Assembly: GCF_018977255.1 (NCBI RefSeq)
Contig: NW_024704743.1
Span: 31,994,001-32,058,000 of the forward strand
Length of the DNA stretch: 64,000 bases
From: Callorhinchus milii
Taxonomy: Eukaryota
Direction: 5' to 3'
Below the pieces are notes generated by a model that saw only the letters and a list, made by a program, of their open reading frames with translations, ran no database searches and was not told the DNA's origin. Both the position numbers and the translations under genes were made by a program. Shown one piece after another: positions 63,077 to 64,000 of the stretch (position 1 is the stretch's first letter; every line of letters starts with the position of its first letter).

Positions 63077-64000
63077 CTGAGGAACAAACCAGAACAGGAA
63101 AATGAGTTCAAACTGCGTGACTGTGATAGAGCTCACAAACAGAGTGAAAGCAAATCAAACCTATAAATGTGTTATTTGGGACGTTACATATTATGGCATC
63201 TATTATGATGCACATGAGATGATTTCTTAATCTCTACATGAGGTTAATAATCCCTTCAAAAAAAATAATAATAATTTGTGAGGCGAATGCTCTAACCAAA
63301 ACGCTACAGAACCCCACTGCTTGCGCTGGCTCTCTCAAAGATCGATCTGTTCCCTATATGCTTGCTAAATCTTTGAACTTCAGAATGCACTTTGTAGAAT
63401 TATATGGCAACATATGAGTTAATGTTAGCTTGTTAGCCAGCAGCAACATTCGGCTTGCTCTGAACCTCACAGGAAATGTGGCATGATTTCTTGGCTCTGG
63501 TTCAAGCTTTCAAAGTTTTTTTACAAAAGTGAAATAATCAAATGTCAAGAAAGTACTGGATTACCACTCCCTTTCCAACATCCCTTTTTGTACAAAAAAA
63601 AGCATGAAGTCATTTCCATATCTGTATTAAAGAAATCTGCCTCTATTAAGCTACTTCTCAATGTGAAGTGGAAGCATACATTTATACTGATTCAAGCACT
63701 ACTTATATGCAAGGAACCTTACTCATGACAGTAGTAGCACTTTATAGTTTCTCAAAATAACCTTATTTGTACCATGTGAATTCTACCATGTGGTCTTAGC
63801 ATGCAGTTTTAATGTAAAAATTCCTAAGTACTGAATAGGAATTATCTGGATATCTCTTCTTATTCCTTTGAGTTCCCGCTCGATTGTGGCAGCTTTGAAT
63901 TCCTTAATAAGAAATGAAGTTAGAACTACCATTTCTAACTTCGAGAAGTCTGACCTGGAATTCCTTTTGGTAAATGGAATGTGACCCTTGGGATCTCAGA

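Noticed and set aside
62818..63105. 95-aa plus-strand ORF
   Set aside because: Antisense shadow of the RNF144B exon.
62878..63111. RNF144A assignment, and the ORF-track boundaries
   Set aside because: Diagnostic residues match RNF144B; true exon limits are set by splice sites at 63076 and 62932.
1..64000. CRISPR array or prokaryotic defence system
   Set aside because: The sequence is vertebrate; the recurring repeats are dispersed SINE/LINE tails, not regularly spaced repeat-spacer units.
63112..64000. A further upstream RNF144B exon (IBR domain)
   Set aside because: No IBR-like Cys/His coding pattern with splice sites was seen; earlier exons presumably lie beyond the window.

Overview
Eukaryotic, repeat-rich vertebrate genomic DNA. 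The repeat complement (abundant L2 LINE 3' ends, Deu-domain tRNA-SINEs, CR1 tails) suggests a cartilaginous fish, probably a chimaera/elephant-shark-like genome; that assignment is inferred. The only protein-coding gene I can support is the 3' part of RNF144B, an RBR E3 ligase, on the minus strand: three coding exons at 62932-63076, 62205-62294 and 60169-60309 with canonical GT/AG splice sites, and a probable long 3'UTR ending near 55.6 kb. The remaining ~55 kb looks gene-free. It holds many L2, CR1 and SINE fragments, MITE-like palindromes, a two-copy hAT-like MITE, a rearranged Helitron-like relic, a truncated U2 snRNA copy, and repeat-free motif-dense blocks that may be conserved enhancers of the RNF144B-ID4 gene desert. 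The other ORFs in the track are repeat-derived or have no recognisable homology. I did not find a convincing new protein-coding system; the most interesting signals are transposon and non-coding structures. Repeat boundaries were read by eye and are approximate unless exact sequence is quoted.
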